From Octopus vulgaris (Eukaryota): DNA of 64,000 nucleotides. The first letter of the stretch is position 1; each line of letters opens with the position of its first letter. Location of the stretch: positions 27,590,001-27,654,000 of the forward strand of contig OX597834.1 of assembly GCA_951406725.2 (NCBI GenBank). The letters run 5' to 3'. A model generated the notes under the pieces. That model was not told where the DNA came from. It saw only the letters and a program-made list of their open reading frames with translations, and did not search any database. Made by a program: the position numbers and the translations under genes. Shown here one piece after another: positions 12,363-26,451 of this stretch.

Positions 12363-12561
12363 ATAAATATGATCGTTAAGAAACGACATAAAAGCTGATT
12401 AGCAAACAATGTTTCAGCCTTTGCTTTATAGAACTGTTTGCATTTTTAAAAAACCAAAGGAGACGATTTGGCGTAGCTGTTTGCAGATCGATTATTTGGC
12501 GCGGTTGACTGGACGTTTAGCCTGTGTTCGGATCAGTAATTTTTAGCGCAGGAGGCAAATG

Positions 12562-12644
<83 letters not shown>

Positions 12645-12704
12645 ACACACACAGACACACACATACACACACATACACACACACACACATACACACACAC
12701 AAAT

Positions 12705-12779
<75 letters not shown>

Positions 12780-13023
12780 CACATGCACACATATACACAC
12801 ACACACACACACACATACACACACACACACACTTCTGCACGCAGAAATATACACGCAGATAGAGGAAATGTGTGGAAGAGATGGAGAGAAAGAAAGAGAG
12901 AAATAGAGCGAGAGAGATGAAGCAGAGAACGAGAGAAAAATTAAAACGACTGATGTCAACTTAGTGCCAAATTAGTGACCCCAAATGAACATCAATAAAA
13001 TGGCTTTTTCAAAACGTCTTATA

Positions 13024-13523
13024 TCTTTATATATAAAAGAGAAGTTGTGTGTCTGTCTCCTACGATTTAGATTCCTAACTACTCCCACATTTTGCGGTGC
13101 AGTTTAACCAAAACCGGGTATCTTATAGTCGTGATTCATATCGAGCCCTTCTGGGTATTAGCACGCGTCTACGATGAGTCTACGATTAAAAAAAAATTTA
13201 CCATCATTTTTTTCCATTTTAATGCATTCTTTTCGCTACTATATAAGTGAAGTAACTCTCTAAAAATGTCTACGATGGGTCAACGATTTAAAAAAAAACT
13301 TACCATCATTTTTTTCCATTTTAATGCATTTTTTCGCTATTATATAAGTGAAGTAACCCTCTAAAAATGTCTACGATGAGTCAACGATTTTAAAAAAAAA
13401 TTACCATTATTTTTTTTCCATTTTTAATGCATTTTTTTGCTATTTTTTGGCTATAACTTTCTAAAAATGCTTATATAGTTATTTCCCTTACAAACTCGAG
13501 CAACGCCGGGCGATACTGCTAAG
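13024..13523 (+). mobile_element. Non-autonomous Helitron, copy 2 (internal ~100-bp tandem units)
   Basis: 5' TC, 3' hairpin + CTAAG; internal TCTACGATG...CTAAAAATG unit repeated about 3 times. Confidence 0.85.
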
Positions 13524-13874
13524 TTCTATCTAAGAATCTGTGCAGTTTCTGAATAACTTTCTACAAGAGACCGTCAAGACGCATATTCTTTCTACAATTT
13601 GTTCGTACAATCGTTTTGTATCTCCACAAAACAAGTCTATTGTCTTGTAGTCTTAAATTCAGACGACATTATGCTCAGTATGTATTGCTGAAATGATTGT
13701 AATGTAAACATAAATGTAATACCATCACAACCATCCTTCAAATTACTATACATATATATATATATATATATATATTAATCAATATAATGGTAGCAAAAAA
13801 TTCAATAGAATATTTTTTCGCCACCAGCGGTCCAGTGAGAAAGAGAAAATAGTCACAGACTATATATATATATA

Positions 13875-14083
13875 ATTTCAACAATATTAAGGAATGGCCC
13901 TGATAGGCCATTCGACTCACCAGAAAGAGCAGCCAAACTCAAACCGCTAAATAGTAGTAATTCAGAAATCAAAGGAATATCAAAAACATTTCTGAATTAC
14001 TACTATTTAGCGGTTTGAGTTTGGCTGCTCTTTCTGGTGAGTCGAATGGCCTATCAGGGACCTTTCCATAATATTGTTGAAAT
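13875..14083. repeat. Fold-back inverted repeat in (TA)n
   Basis: Arms 13875-13969 and 13988-14083, 18-nt spacer, near-perfect complementarity. Confidence 0.92.
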
Positions 14084-14130
14084 ATATAAATATATATATA
14101 TATAATATATATATATATATGTTTTCTATC

Positions 14131-14395
14131 GACCACGTTATCAGATGTTGCTGCACGTCGATGGTCACAATGCGCTTCGCATTGTTTTAGCCTTCAAATG
14201 ACGCCACCCTGCTGGCTAACCAGGCAGGCCAACAGAAGAAAGAGTGAGAGAAAGTTGTGGCGAAAGAGTACAGCAGGGATCGCCTACCACCCCCTGCCGG
14301 AGCTCGTGGAGCACTCACAACGCCCGGTCTGGGAATCGAAACCGCGATCCTACGACCGCGAGTCCGCTGCCCTAACCACTGGGCCATTGCGCCTC

Positions 14396-14397
<2 letters not shown>
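14131..14397 (-). mobile_element. SINE family A (tail type 2), internally deleted
   Basis: Same tRNA head as 2527-2908; tail shared with 47977-48272. Confidence 0.85.
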
Positions 14398-14470
<73 letters not shown>

Positions 14471-14474
14471 AATA

Positions 14475-14538
<64 letters not shown>

Positions 14539-15269
14539 AGTGAGTGAACAATGGAAAGAAGGACATTCAAGCAATTTATTGGGAGTTACGTGTTTCAAAT
14601 TCAAAAGGGCTGGCGACTGGCATCGTACTTGAAACCCAAGAGTACCAACGAATTTAAATCAAACTGTTTTGATCCATCCATATATATGCGTGTGTGTGTG
14701 TAAGTGTGTGTGTGTGTGTGTGTATGCGTGTGTGTGTGTGTATACATACATGTGTATGTAATCGACGTAGTCGATACAGACGAAAGATGTCTGAAGTTAC
14801 GCCATTACGATTGCGGAATAAAAAGACAAAACTTCCACAATAAAAATAGAATTAATAAATACACAAATAAATTATTAAAAAAAAACCCAAGCCACATCTT
14901 TAGCCATCGGGTAGTGGTATTATATCCATCGTATTATACTTTATTCCTAGTTTAAGGCTAAATAATTTACGTTTGTTTAGCGAGGAAAAGACGGAGTAAT
15001 GTCCGCCAAGTTTTATTGTACACTGTTTAAAATACACTTTTAACATTGCAGTGATAGCGGGGTATTTTTGAGGAAGAAATATCTGCCATATCCTTGGCCT
15101 TTCCTGCCATAGAACCTAAGAAACCAAACCCTTTTATTTATTCATTTCGTTTTGTTTTGTTTTGTTTTATATTCCATGGTCAGAGACTGCCGTTGGCGAA
15201 GATGAATAAACGTTGCAGAGAAATGTTCAGGAAATCTGTGACTTGGGGAATGGTCTTTTTCTTGCTGGG

Positions 15270-15270
15270 T

Positions 15271-15335
<65 letters not shown>

Positions 15336-15476
15336 GGTGGTGGTGGTGGTGGGTGGTGGGTGGTGATGGTGATGATGATGATGATGATGATGAAGGTGAT
15401 GATGATGATAATGGTGATGATAATGACGATGGTTATGATGATGATGGTGATGATGATGATGATGATGATGGTGATA

Positions 15477-15508
<32 letters not shown>

Positions 15509-15557
15509 AGTGGTGGTGGTGGTGGTGGTGGTGGTGGTGGGTGGTGGGTGGTGGTGG

Positions 15558-15591
<34 letters not shown>

Positions 15592-15665
15592 AGTGGTGGT
15601 GGTGGTGGTTGTGGTGGTGGTGATGTTGGTGGTGGTGGTGGTGGTGGTGGTGGTGGTGGTGGTGG

Positions 15666-15696
<31 letters not shown>

Positions 15697-15734
15697 AATG
15701 GTGATGATAATGACGATGGTTATGATGATGATGG

Positions 15735-15769
<35 letters not shown>

Positions 15770-15920
15770 AGGAGGAGGAAAAGGGGGATAATGATGAAAA
15801 AGATGATGAGGATGACACCGACGATGATGACGACGACGACGATGACGGTGAAGAAGACGACGACGTTGAAGACGACGACGACGACGACGACGATAATGAT
15901 GATGATGATGATGATGATGG
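15270..15920. repeat. (GAT)n/(GGT)n/(GAC)n compound microsatellite with higher-order duplication
   Basis: Block GATAATGGTGATGATAATGACGATGGTTATGATG recurs at ~15407 and ~15694. Confidence 0.9.
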
Positions 15921-16382
15921 GCGAGAAGGATGAAGAGGAGAAATATGAGTGGGAGAAAGAGACATCTGAGGATGTATACAAAATAAGTACTCTTGATAGT
16001 GTATTGAGGGAGAATTTCGTAGAATTCGTTGAAGATAAAGAACTGTCTTTCATTCCTTCTGTATGAGCGTCGTTAAACTTTTTCCAAACCCAGACATACA
16101 AATGGAATCAATGAACTAGATGTGGTACAACTACACAAACGAAAGAAAAGATAATGAGGGAATATTATAGACTAGTTATATTAATACTTAAAAACAGAAC
16201 TCAATGCGAAAAATAAGATAATAGGTATTAATACCATAGCTGACCCAGCTGTAAGTTACAGTTAGAATATTCTTAACTGGACAGGAAATATCATTTTATG
16301 AGGATACCCGCTGTGTTAACGATTCAACCAAATTCCTCAGACTTTAAAATACCTCGCATAATTGCTATACATAAATTTTTGA

Positions 16383-16610
16383 ATTGGGTTGTTAAATAAA
16401 TTCGTTCGTCTTTGCAACTTGCCACATTATCGTTATATATCTGAAAAGTGTTAAAATTTATTCAAAAAAAGAATAAAGCCACAGAAAAAAAAACGCATAA
16501 AACACTACGATAAAAATAGTTTCCGGGTTAAATCAAATAACATTCGAGAGGATAAAAATAGATTTTAAAAAATTAAAAGGAAGACGAATGAATTTATCTG
16601 ACAACCAAAT
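16383..16610. mobile_element. Mariner-type MITE
   Basis: 30-bp imperfect TIRs ATTGGGTTGTTAAATAAATTCGTTCGTCTT (16383-16412) and AAGACGAATGAATTTATCTGACAACCAAAT (16581-16610). Confidence 0.75.
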
Positions 16611-16860
16611 ATTTGGTAGACCACCCGGCGATAACAATGCTTACCAATAGATGATGGGGGATGATGATCGATATACTTTTTATCCAGAAATGTTGAAGGA
16701 ATTTTCTTTCGAAATCCTTTAGAATTAATTTTTATAAAACAATGCATTATCAATATTTTAACTGAGTTCTTGGATAGATTCAGGAAATTTATTAATTATT
16801 TATCCCCCTTCACCTCCTCTTCTTCATCATCGTCATCATTATCAAAAGAAACCATTATTA

Positions 16861-17056
<196 letters not shown>

Positions 17057-17089
17057 TAAATAATAATGATAATAATAACAAATTTATAA

Positions 17090-17397
17090 TACAATAAATT
17101 CCAGAATTCAAGAAACAGGCACTGGAAAAAAGTAAGCGTATGGAAACCCGTGCTAAAACTGCTGCCTTAGATATACTTACTGATAAATGACAAGAAAAAC
17201 CCCTCAATGGCAAATACCCAAAGAGAGCTCATAGTGCCGATGTTGACAAAGCCCCTACCCATCAATGATTAGTGTCTTCTGGCACAAAATCAGAAACAGA
17301 AGGGTTTTGTCAACATCGACACTATAAACTCTTTTCGGGTATTTGTCCTTGTGAGGTTTTTCTTGTCATTTGTCAGTAAGAATATCTAAGGCAGCAG
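17090..17397 (+). pseudogene. R4/Dong-like LINE fragment with an inverted segment
   Basis: Degenerate TRAKTAALDILTDK*QEKPLNGKYPKRA..KSETEGF, homologous to ORF 51762-52946; 17310-17397 is the reverse complement of ~17160-17245; flanked by (TTA)n/(TTG)n. Confidence 0.85.
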
Positions 17398-17418
17398 TTG
17401 TTGTTGTTGTTGTTGTTG

Positions 17419-17510
<92 letters not shown>

Positions 17511-17512
<2 letters not shown>

Positions 17513-17730
17513 GGCGGAGAGCTGGCAGAATCGTTAGCACGCTGGATGAAATGCTTAGCGATATTTCGCCCGTCGCTACGTTCTTAGTTCAAATTCCGCC
17601 GAAATCAACTTTGCCTTTCATCCTTTCGGGGTCGATAAATCAAGTACCAGTTGAACACTGGGGGATCGATGTAATCGACTTGTCCCCTCCCCACAAATTT
17701 TAGCTTTGTGCCTTTAGCAGAAAAGATTAT
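17511..17730 (+). mobile_element. SINE family B variant
   Basis: Head and core as in other B copies. Confidence 0.8.
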
Positions 17731-18170
17731 CATTATTATTATTATTATTGTAGTTGTTGTTGTTGTTGCTGCTGCTGCTGCTGCTTTTGTTATTATTCCG
17801 ATTGATACAGGAATTTTTAAAGGAGTCAAAACTTTATACATTTTGGAATCATAACGTATAGAATTAGCGTTAGAATTTTATCCAAAAATATCTGAAGAAC
17901 TTGTTATTGGAATCTTTTGACACGATTTTGAGGAAATTTTGTAAAAATTTGATGTTTTTCGAGGGGAAAAGAATAAATTTAGTAGTCCTGTTAAGAAGGC
18001 AGCAATGAAAAGCTTTCATATAAATATTCCTTTCGAAAATATGCATAAGTAGAGGATGACAACAACAATCTTATTATCATTGGCTCACCTCATGGGTTTT
18101 AGTTCATTGACACGTGTGTCGCTAGTAGTCTTCACTCAATGATCACATTTACATTGTCTCGTTACCTTGT

Positions 18171-18209
<39 letters not shown>

Positions 18210-18334
18210 TTCATAATTCCATTGTTTTTTTTTTTTTTACGTAACTCAGCCTTCGCATATTGACATCGAGGAATTTGAAAAGAATACAATAATATTCTCA
18301 GTCAATAATTTCAGACATCTTTTTAAACAACACA

Positions 18335-18360
18335 TGATGATAATAATAATAATAATAATG

Positions 18361-18435
<75 letters not shown>

Positions 18436-18591
18436 GTGATGGTGATGATGATGATGATGATGATGATGACGATGATGATGATGAAGATGATAATAATAAT
18501 AATAGTAATAATAATAATGTAATAATAATAATGGTGATGATGATGATAATAATAATGTTAATAATAATAATAATAATAATAATAATGAAAA

Positions 18592-18624
<33 letters not shown>

Positions 18625-18627
18625 AAA

Positions 18628-18660
<33 letters not shown>

Positions 18661-18696
18661 AAAGAATAATAATAATAATAATAATAATAATGAAAA

Positions 18697-18729
<33 letters not shown>

Positions 18730-18732
18730 AAA

Positions 18733-18768
<36 letters not shown>

Positions 18769-18836
18769 AAATAATAATAATAATAATGAAAATAATAATA
18801 ATAATAATAATGATAATGTAATAATAATAATAATGG

Positions 18837-18870
<34 letters not shown>

Positions 18871-18877
18871 AATAATG

Positions 18878-18914
<37 letters not shown>

Positions 18915-18962
18915 TAATAATAATAATTTGAATAATGATAGTAATAACAATAATAATAATAA
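18335..18962. repeat. (TAA)n/(GAT)n microsatellite with recurring ATGAAAAGA interruptions
   Basis: Direct reading. Confidence 0.93.
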
Positions 18963-19870
18963 TTCTCTGAAGCTATCGCTTAAGAGAATGTGTTAAATGA
19001 TTTCTGAGCTATACAATTGAGTGGATGCGATCAGATCTAAAGAGAAACACAGTGGATATGAATAGATTAATTTTCGTGTGAATAGCTTTGAATTATTAAC
19101 AGCTTGCTAGGCAGTATTTTAGCGCTGAACAGTTGTTACACTTCCTCGTATGTTTCCTGGGGTTTTTCTTTTACAGGTATTGAAGCAAGATTTCCTTTTG
19201 GGGAAATAATGGTTTAACAAAGACATCCTTTCGCTAGCACGTACAATAATCTGAACTCGGGGAAAAATACGACTACACATGCTGCTTGCAGTTAGAAAGT
19301 CGATGGCATGTTTGAAAATGTTTCAAAGACTTAAAATACAAAAACAAAAGATAAAAAGTATATAAATAAAGTAGAAAAAAAACAACAACCCAGTAACAAC
19401 AACGACAATAACATATGATTCCATCTAAACAAAACGAAATTTCGAAGAGAAAGAAAAGACAAATTGAATAACGGTTTATTATTTTTCATTCTTTGGAAAG
19501 CATGACGTGGGAAGGAAAGAATTTTACAATAATAATCGAAACAATTAAGAAAACATACCTATCACTTCTTGCGACTTTTGTTTCTTTTTTTACTTGATCT
19601 TTCTTTTGGGTAGGTGTGAACTGAACTGGCGATTCTTGTCTTGAACAAGACAATGTGTTTCACAACTAAGAAATAATCAACATAGAATTTTTGGTAAAAG
19701 TAAGCTGTTGTTAGTAGGGAATTATAGATATGGAAATTCTAGAAACTTCTGTAAGTAAGTAAAGTGGGTGTAAATACACAATATGGTTTCGTGTACCGTT
19801 CATGGAGTTTTCAAAAATCATAACGCAACAGTTGCCATTGGTTAGTTTATGGTAAACAAATGTGGAACTG

Positions 19871-20096
19871 TTTTACTCTTTTACTCTTTTACTTGTTTCA
19901 GTCATTTGACTGCGGCCATGCTGGAGCACCGCCTTTAATCGAGCAACTCGACCCCGGGACTTATTGTTTTTTGTAAGCCCAGTACTTATTCTATCGGTCT
20001 ATTTTGCCGAACCGCTAAGTAACGGGGACATAAACACACCAGCATCGGTTGTCAAGCAATGCTAGGGGGACAAACACACACACACAAACACACACA

Positions 20097-20148
<52 letters not shown>

Positions 20149-20314
20149 CACGACGGGCTTCTTTCAGTTTCCGTCTACCAAATCCACTCACAAGGCTATT
20201 GTCGGCCCGAGGCTATAGTAGAAGACACCTGCCCAAGGTGCCACGCAGTGGGACTGAACCCGGAACCATGTGGTTGGTAAACAAGTTACTTACCACACAG
20301 CCACTCCTGCGCCT
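19871..20314 (-). mobile_element. tRNA-derived SINE family C (CORE-like, internal TA/TG microsatellite), full length
   Basis: Head GGCGCAGGAGTGGCTGTGTGG..GGTTCAGTCCC, CCTTGGGCAGGTGTCTT core, (GTAAAAGA)n tail; adjacent older copy at ~20340-20792. Confidence 0.88.
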
Positions 20315-21526
20315 ATAGCCACTCCTGTTTTCTGGGATTACATTTCTCGGCCTCCTTTAGTCGTTGAATTGCGGTCATGCTGGAGCACCACTTTGTGGGA
20401 TGAGTCGAAACAATTTCAGTCACTATACTTATTTTTAAGTTTGCTACTTGTTTTATCGTTTCCTTTTGCCGAACCGCTATGTTGTGGGAATGTAGACAAA
20501 CCAACACTAGTTGCCACACGGTGAAAAAATATACACGTAGATACACAATCACAAATAGACAGACAGAAAGACAGGCAGGCAGACAGACGGACGGACGGAC
20601 GGATAGACAAACAGACAGACAAGCAAATGACTGACGGTTTTCTGCACAATTTTCGTTTACCAAATTTATTCACATGACATTGGTCTGCTCGGTGCTATAG
20701 TAGAAAACACTTTCCCAAGGTGTCTCACTGTAGAACTGAACCCGGAACTACCTGGCTGGAAAGCGAACTACTTATCCACACAGCCATGCTTGCAACTGCC
20801 TATCAAATATAAAACAATAAGCGTAGGCAGCAGAAAGAGTTGTCAAAATATAAGCTCTCACTTTGCCCTCAACTCCATGTTTTGAGTTCGATTCCTGTTA
20901 TGGGCAGTTTTTATGTCGTTCATCTCGGAACCGATATAATTAGTACCGATAACGTGGCTGTGATTCTTCATTCGATATTTAATTCCTTGTGTATGTTTGT
21001 CGCCACTTGGCCACGCGCCTTTACTACAACATAGCTTCGGGACAACCACAAAACAGTAGTCTACAGTTGTAATAGGTTTTGTTGGGAAAAGGAAAGCCTA
21101 TAGAACATTACTTTGGTACTAATCCAACTCATTAAACCCTCGTTTTCCTGTCAAGCTTAACGCTCACCAAAGTTAAATTAGAAAATAATATAAGGTTCAG
21201 GAAATAGTCCCTGATTTGCATTTTGCCCTATCGACTCACGGTTAGGATGTTGCGCTAGTGATCGCAACATGGTGGTTGCGATTATGGGTACGGGCGGTTC
21301 TGCAAAAAAGACCGATAGAATAAGTACTAGGCTTATAAAGAATAAGTCCTGGGGTCGATTTCTTCCAGTGACACCTTTTAAGGTGGTGCTCCAACATCGC
21401 CACAGTAAAATGACTGAAGCAAGTAAAAGACTAAAAGAACACACACACACACACATATGTATGCATCTATGTATATGTATATAAGTATATATGTGTGTGT
21501 GTATACACAAGCTTATATACACACAT

Positions 21527-22130
21527 ACCTATTTCTTTACTACCCACAAGGGGCTAAACACAGAGGGGACAAACAAGGACAGACAAACGGATTAAGTCGA
21601 TTACATCGACCCCAGTGCGTAACTAGTACTTAATTTATCGACCCCGAAAGGATGAAAGGCAAAGTCGACCTCGGCGGAATTTGAACTCAGAACGTAGCGG
21701 CAGACGAAATACCTATTTCTTTATTACCCACAAGGGGCTAAACACAGAGAGGACAAACAAGGACAGACAAACGGATTAAGTCGATTGCATCGACCCCAGT
21801 GCGTAACTGGTACTTAATTTATCGACCCCGAAAGGATGAAAGGCAAAGTCGACCTCGGCGGAATTTGAACTCAGAACGTAGCGGCAGACGAAATACCTAT
21901 TTCTTTATTACCCACAAGGGGCTAAACACAGAGAGGACAAACAAGGACAGACAAACGGATTAAGTCGATTGCATCGACCCCAGTGCGTAACTGGTACTTA
22001 ATTTATCGACCCCGAAAGGATGAAAGGCAAAGTCGACCTCTGCGGAATTTGAACTCAGAACGTAGCGGCAGACGAAATACCGGTAAGCATTTCGCCCGGC
22101 GTGCTAACGATTCTGCCAGCTCACCGCCTT
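21527..22130 (-). mobile_element. SINE family B head-to-tail trimer
   Basis: Three 184-bp bodies and one head; 16-bp flanking direct repeat TTATATACACACATAC (21513-21528, 22130-22145). Confidence 0.92.
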
Positions 22131-22282
22131 TATATACACACATACTGTATTGGAATTTAACTACGCACAACTACTCACCACTTCTCAGCTGTTTCTATGT
22201 GTGTGTGCATGTGCGTGTGTGCATGTATGTGTGTATGCAAGTGTATCTGAGTAAGTGCATGTATGTCTGAATTCCACATCTG

Positions 22283-22344
<62 letters not shown>

Positions 22345-22480
22345 TGTGAGTATGTAAGTGTGTGTTTATGCGCACACAAATGTGTGCATACGTGTGCGTG
22401 TATGGATCTATGTACATACGCATGCATGTGTGTGTATGTATGTGTGTATTTGTCTTCAGTGTGTACGTACTTTGTGTATA

Positions 22481-22703
22481 CTCTCTCTTTTACTCTTTCA
22501 TTTGTTTCAGTCATTTGATTGGGGCCATGCTGGAGCACCGCCTTTAATCGAGCAACTCGACCCCGGGACTTATTCATTTGTAAGCCCAGTACTTATTCTA
22601 TCGGTCTCTTTTGTCGAACCGCTAAGCAACGGGGACACAAACACACCAGCATCGGTTATCAAGCAATGCTAGGGGGACAAACACAGACACACAAACACAC
22701 ACA

Positions 22704-22753
<50 letters not shown>

Positions 22754-22920
22754 TACGGCGGGCTTCTTTCAGTTTCCGTCTACCAAATCCACTCACAGGG
22801 CTTTGGTCGGCCCGAGGCTATAGTAGAAGACACTTACCCAAGGTGCCACGCAGTGGGACTGAACCTGGAACCATGTGGTTGGTAAACAAGCTACTTACCA
22901 CACACCCACTCCTGCACCTA
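22481..22920 (-). mobile_element. SINE family C, full length
   Basis: Near-identical to 19871-20314. Confidence 0.88.
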
Positions 22921-23196
22921 TGTGTGTATATATGTGCGTATGAGTGTATGTGTATCTAAGTATGTCTGCGTATGTGCATACGCGTGTGCGTCTATGAGCA
23001 TGTGCGTTTGAGTGTGTGTGAGTCACCATGTGTGCGTGTTATCCCGTGAATGTGTGTGTGTGTATGTGCCCTGTATATATGTGTGCATGTATATACGTAC
23101 GGGTGTATGTTTATGTAAGTATATCTGCCTGTGTGCATACGTGAGTGCTGCTATGAGCATATGCGTGTGTGTGAGTCGCTAAGTGCGTGTGTTATG

Positions 23197-23251
23197 CTCT
23201 GTGTGTCTATGTGTGTGTATGTATATGTATGTGTATGTGTGTGTGTGTGAG

Positions 23252-23298
<47 letters not shown>

Positions 23299-23371
23299 CT
23301 GTATATGTGAACAATGGCTGCGGCATTGTTTCAAGCTAGCTGCTCTGTGTGTCTATGTGTGTGTATGTATA

Positions 23372-23470
<99 letters not shown>

Positions 23471-23590
23471 CTGTATATGTGAACAATGGCTGCGGCATTG
23501 TTTCAAGCTAGCTGCTCTGTGTGTCTATGTGTGTGTATGTATATGTATGTGTATGTGTGTGTGAGTGTGTGTGTGTGAGTGTGTGTGTGT

Positions 23591-23638
<48 letters not shown>

Positions 23639-23685
23639 CTGTATATGTGAACAATGGCTGCGGCATTGTTTCAAGCTAGCTGCTA
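23197..23685. repeat. Tandem repeat, 3 x ~170 bp with (GT)n
   Basis: GACTGTATATGTGAACAATGGCTGCGGCATTGTTTCAAGCTAGCTGCT at ~23297, 23469 and 23637. Confidence 0.92.
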
Positions 23686-23849
23686 TTGTAACGTACACAG
23701 AGTCCAATCATCTTGGCTTTCTTATTGGCCACACACTTTGTCAGAGACATCTTGTCAGCAGATGGAATATTTAGTATACACACAGGCACACAGAAGCGAA
23801 CACACCCATACTCATACACATGCATACGCGCACGCATGGACACACGCAA

Positions 23850-23883
<34 letters not shown>

Positions 23884-24732
23884 GCGCATATATGAACCTT
23901 TGTGAGTTGTGTGTGTGAGTATATATTTGTGTAAATGATTACTCATGTATGCATAAATGTATGTATATGTATACAAATACACACACATATAGATAGTGAG
24001 ATGGCTAGTTAGCCAGTTATATGTAGATATATGTGCGTATGTATATAAATATTGTAAGTATATATATATATGCCGACATGCATATATATATGTGCATATA
24101 TTCGTGTAGTATATATGTATACATGTGTGCATAAATAGATATAGATATGCATATCTGTATATATATATATATATATATATGTCTCTCTCTCTCTCTATAT
24201 ATATATATATTTATATATATATATATATATATATAAATGTATGTAAATATATATATATGTATATATATATAAATATATATAATATATATATATGTATGTA
24301 TGTATGTATATGCATAAAAACATACCTCCAAGCATAGTATGTGTGTTGATGTGTGTGTGTGCATGAATATATACGTCCAAGCATACACTATATTATGCGT
24401 ATACATATGTATGTTTATATATATATATATGTATTACTTATACTGGATATTACATATTTAATATAGGCACAAAGTTACATATATGCTGGGAGAGAACATG
24501 CTTTTTTCAAATGGACCCAAGTACATGACCGGTATATTTTCTTTCTTTTTTTTTACCTTTATTTTCATTTTATCGACTCTCGAAGTGTTAAAACAGAATA
24601 TTGAGATAAAGGTTGATTTTGTTGTATACCATTTCGTAGATCAGACCTTCTCAAACTCCATTTTTTTTTTTTCGTTTACTGACACATTTTGAAGGTCTCC
24701 TTGATATTATTAACCCTCCAACTTATTTTTAA

Positions 24733-25131
24733 CTAGCAGTATCACCCGGCGTTGCTCGGGTTTGTAAGGGAAATAACTATAAAGCATTTTTAGAGAGTTA
24801 TAGCTAAAAAAAACAGCAAAAAATGCATTAAAAATGGAAAAAAAATTATGGTAAATTTTTTTTAAAATCGTTGACTCATCGTAGACATTTTTAGAGAGTT
24901 ACTTCCCTTTATTTAAAAAAATATGCTTTAAAATGGAAAATAATTATGGTAAATTATTTTTAAAATCGTAGACTCATCGTAGACGCGCGCTAATACCCAG
25001 AACGGCTCGATATGAATCACGACTGTAAGATACCCGGTTTTGGTTAAACTGCACCGCAAAATGTGGGAGTAGTTAGGAATCTAAATCATAGGAGACAGAC
25101 ACTCACACAACTTCACTTTTATATATATAGA
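24733..25131 (-). mobile_element. Non-autonomous Helitron, copy 3
   Basis: CTAG at 24733, hairpin CCCGGCGTTGCTCGGG, 5' TC at 25131-25130, A|T insertion site. Confidence 0.87.
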
Positions 25132-25492
25132 TATACTGTCGCGTAATATGACGCACGATTAATTTAGTTCCGGGCACCAGTTTGATTCGGGTGACTATCC
25201 ACCTCAGCTCTACCCGGCAGCGGTATCACCGCTTGACCATAATTTTTGGTCCAACGTTTACCACATATCTTCAACCAGCCTCGAGTATATAGTCTCTGTA
25301 CCTCATATATATACCTTCGTACTATTGAAATATATTTCTATATTCCAGTCTATAATTCATGTTTTTGTTGTTGTTGCTGTTGTTGTTCCCACGTAAGGTA
25401 TAGAACTAATATTTTCTCGAATGTAATCATTCCTCTAAGAGGTTAATATATCCTCTAATTAACTTATATATATACACACACACACACACACA

Positions 25493-25903
25493 TACTCTTT
25501 TACTCCTTTACTTGTTTCAGTCATTTGACTGCGGCCATGCTGGAGCACCGCCTTTAGTCGAGCAAATCGACCCCGGGACTTATTCTTTGTAAGCCCAGTA
25601 CTTATTCTATCGGTCTCTTGTGCCGAACCGCTAAGTGACGGGGACGTAAACACACCAGCATCGGTTGTCAAGCAATGCTAGGGGTACAAACACAGATACA
25701 CAAATTATACACACACACTTATATATATATACATATATACGACGAGCTTCTTTCAGTTTCCGTCTACCAAATCCACTCACAAGGCATTGGTCGGCCCGGG
25801 GCTATAGCAGAAGACACTTGCCCAAGATGCCACGCAGTGGGACTGAACCCGGAACCATGTGGTTGGTTTGCAAGCTACTTACCACACAGCCACTCCTGTG
25901 CCT
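25493..25903 (-). mobile_element. SINE family C, full length
   Basis: Homology to other C copies. Confidence 0.88.
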
Positions 25904-26053
25904 ATTATATATATATATAATTTCGATTAGAAATTGTGTGGACCAAATGAAGGGGTGGTTTTATCCAAGGAAATACTGGTTCAGTACCTAGTATTTTGTG
26001 GGAATTAATTTCCTCAAAATAATAGGTATGTAAAAACATATAGTTTATATTCA

Positions 26054-26110
<57 letters not shown>

Positions 26111-26116
<6 letters not shown>

Positions 26117-26351
26117 TAGGGTTCAGCAAAGATTTGCTTCACCACATACCGAAGTTTAGAAGTAGCAGTCAAAAAATCTTAGCTATTCCTTCTACTTTAA
26201 AAGGAGCTCCCAGAAAATTCAAAATATTTTCAAATTATTTTGATTTTTCTGGGAGCCCCTTTTAAAGTAGAAGGAATAGCTAAGATTTTTTGACTGCTAT
26301 TTCTAAACTTCGGTATGTGGTGAAGCAAATCTTTGCTGAACCCTAATTATA
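26111..26351. repeat. Fold-back inverted repeat in (TA)n, with unique tail to ~26455
   Basis: ~119-bp arms with almost no spacer (centre ~26230), few mismatches. Confidence 0.92.
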
Positions 26352-26451
26352 AAGTATTACTTAAGCTTACCATGAAATGTTCTTTCATGCCGAATTTTAC
26401 TTGGTGAAATTACTGATTACTTTTTAATTAATTAATTTTACCCGTTGTTAT

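Noticed and set aside
19163-19300. Possible exon after a strong acceptor TTTTTCTTTTACAG
   Set aside because: No convincing open frame, donor site or recognizable protein; a chance match is likely in AT-rich DNA.
26300-26345. Hammerhead in the 26.1-kb (and 13.9-kb) palindromes
   Set aside because: Core and stems could not be assembled (no GAAA-stem III-UH arrangement).
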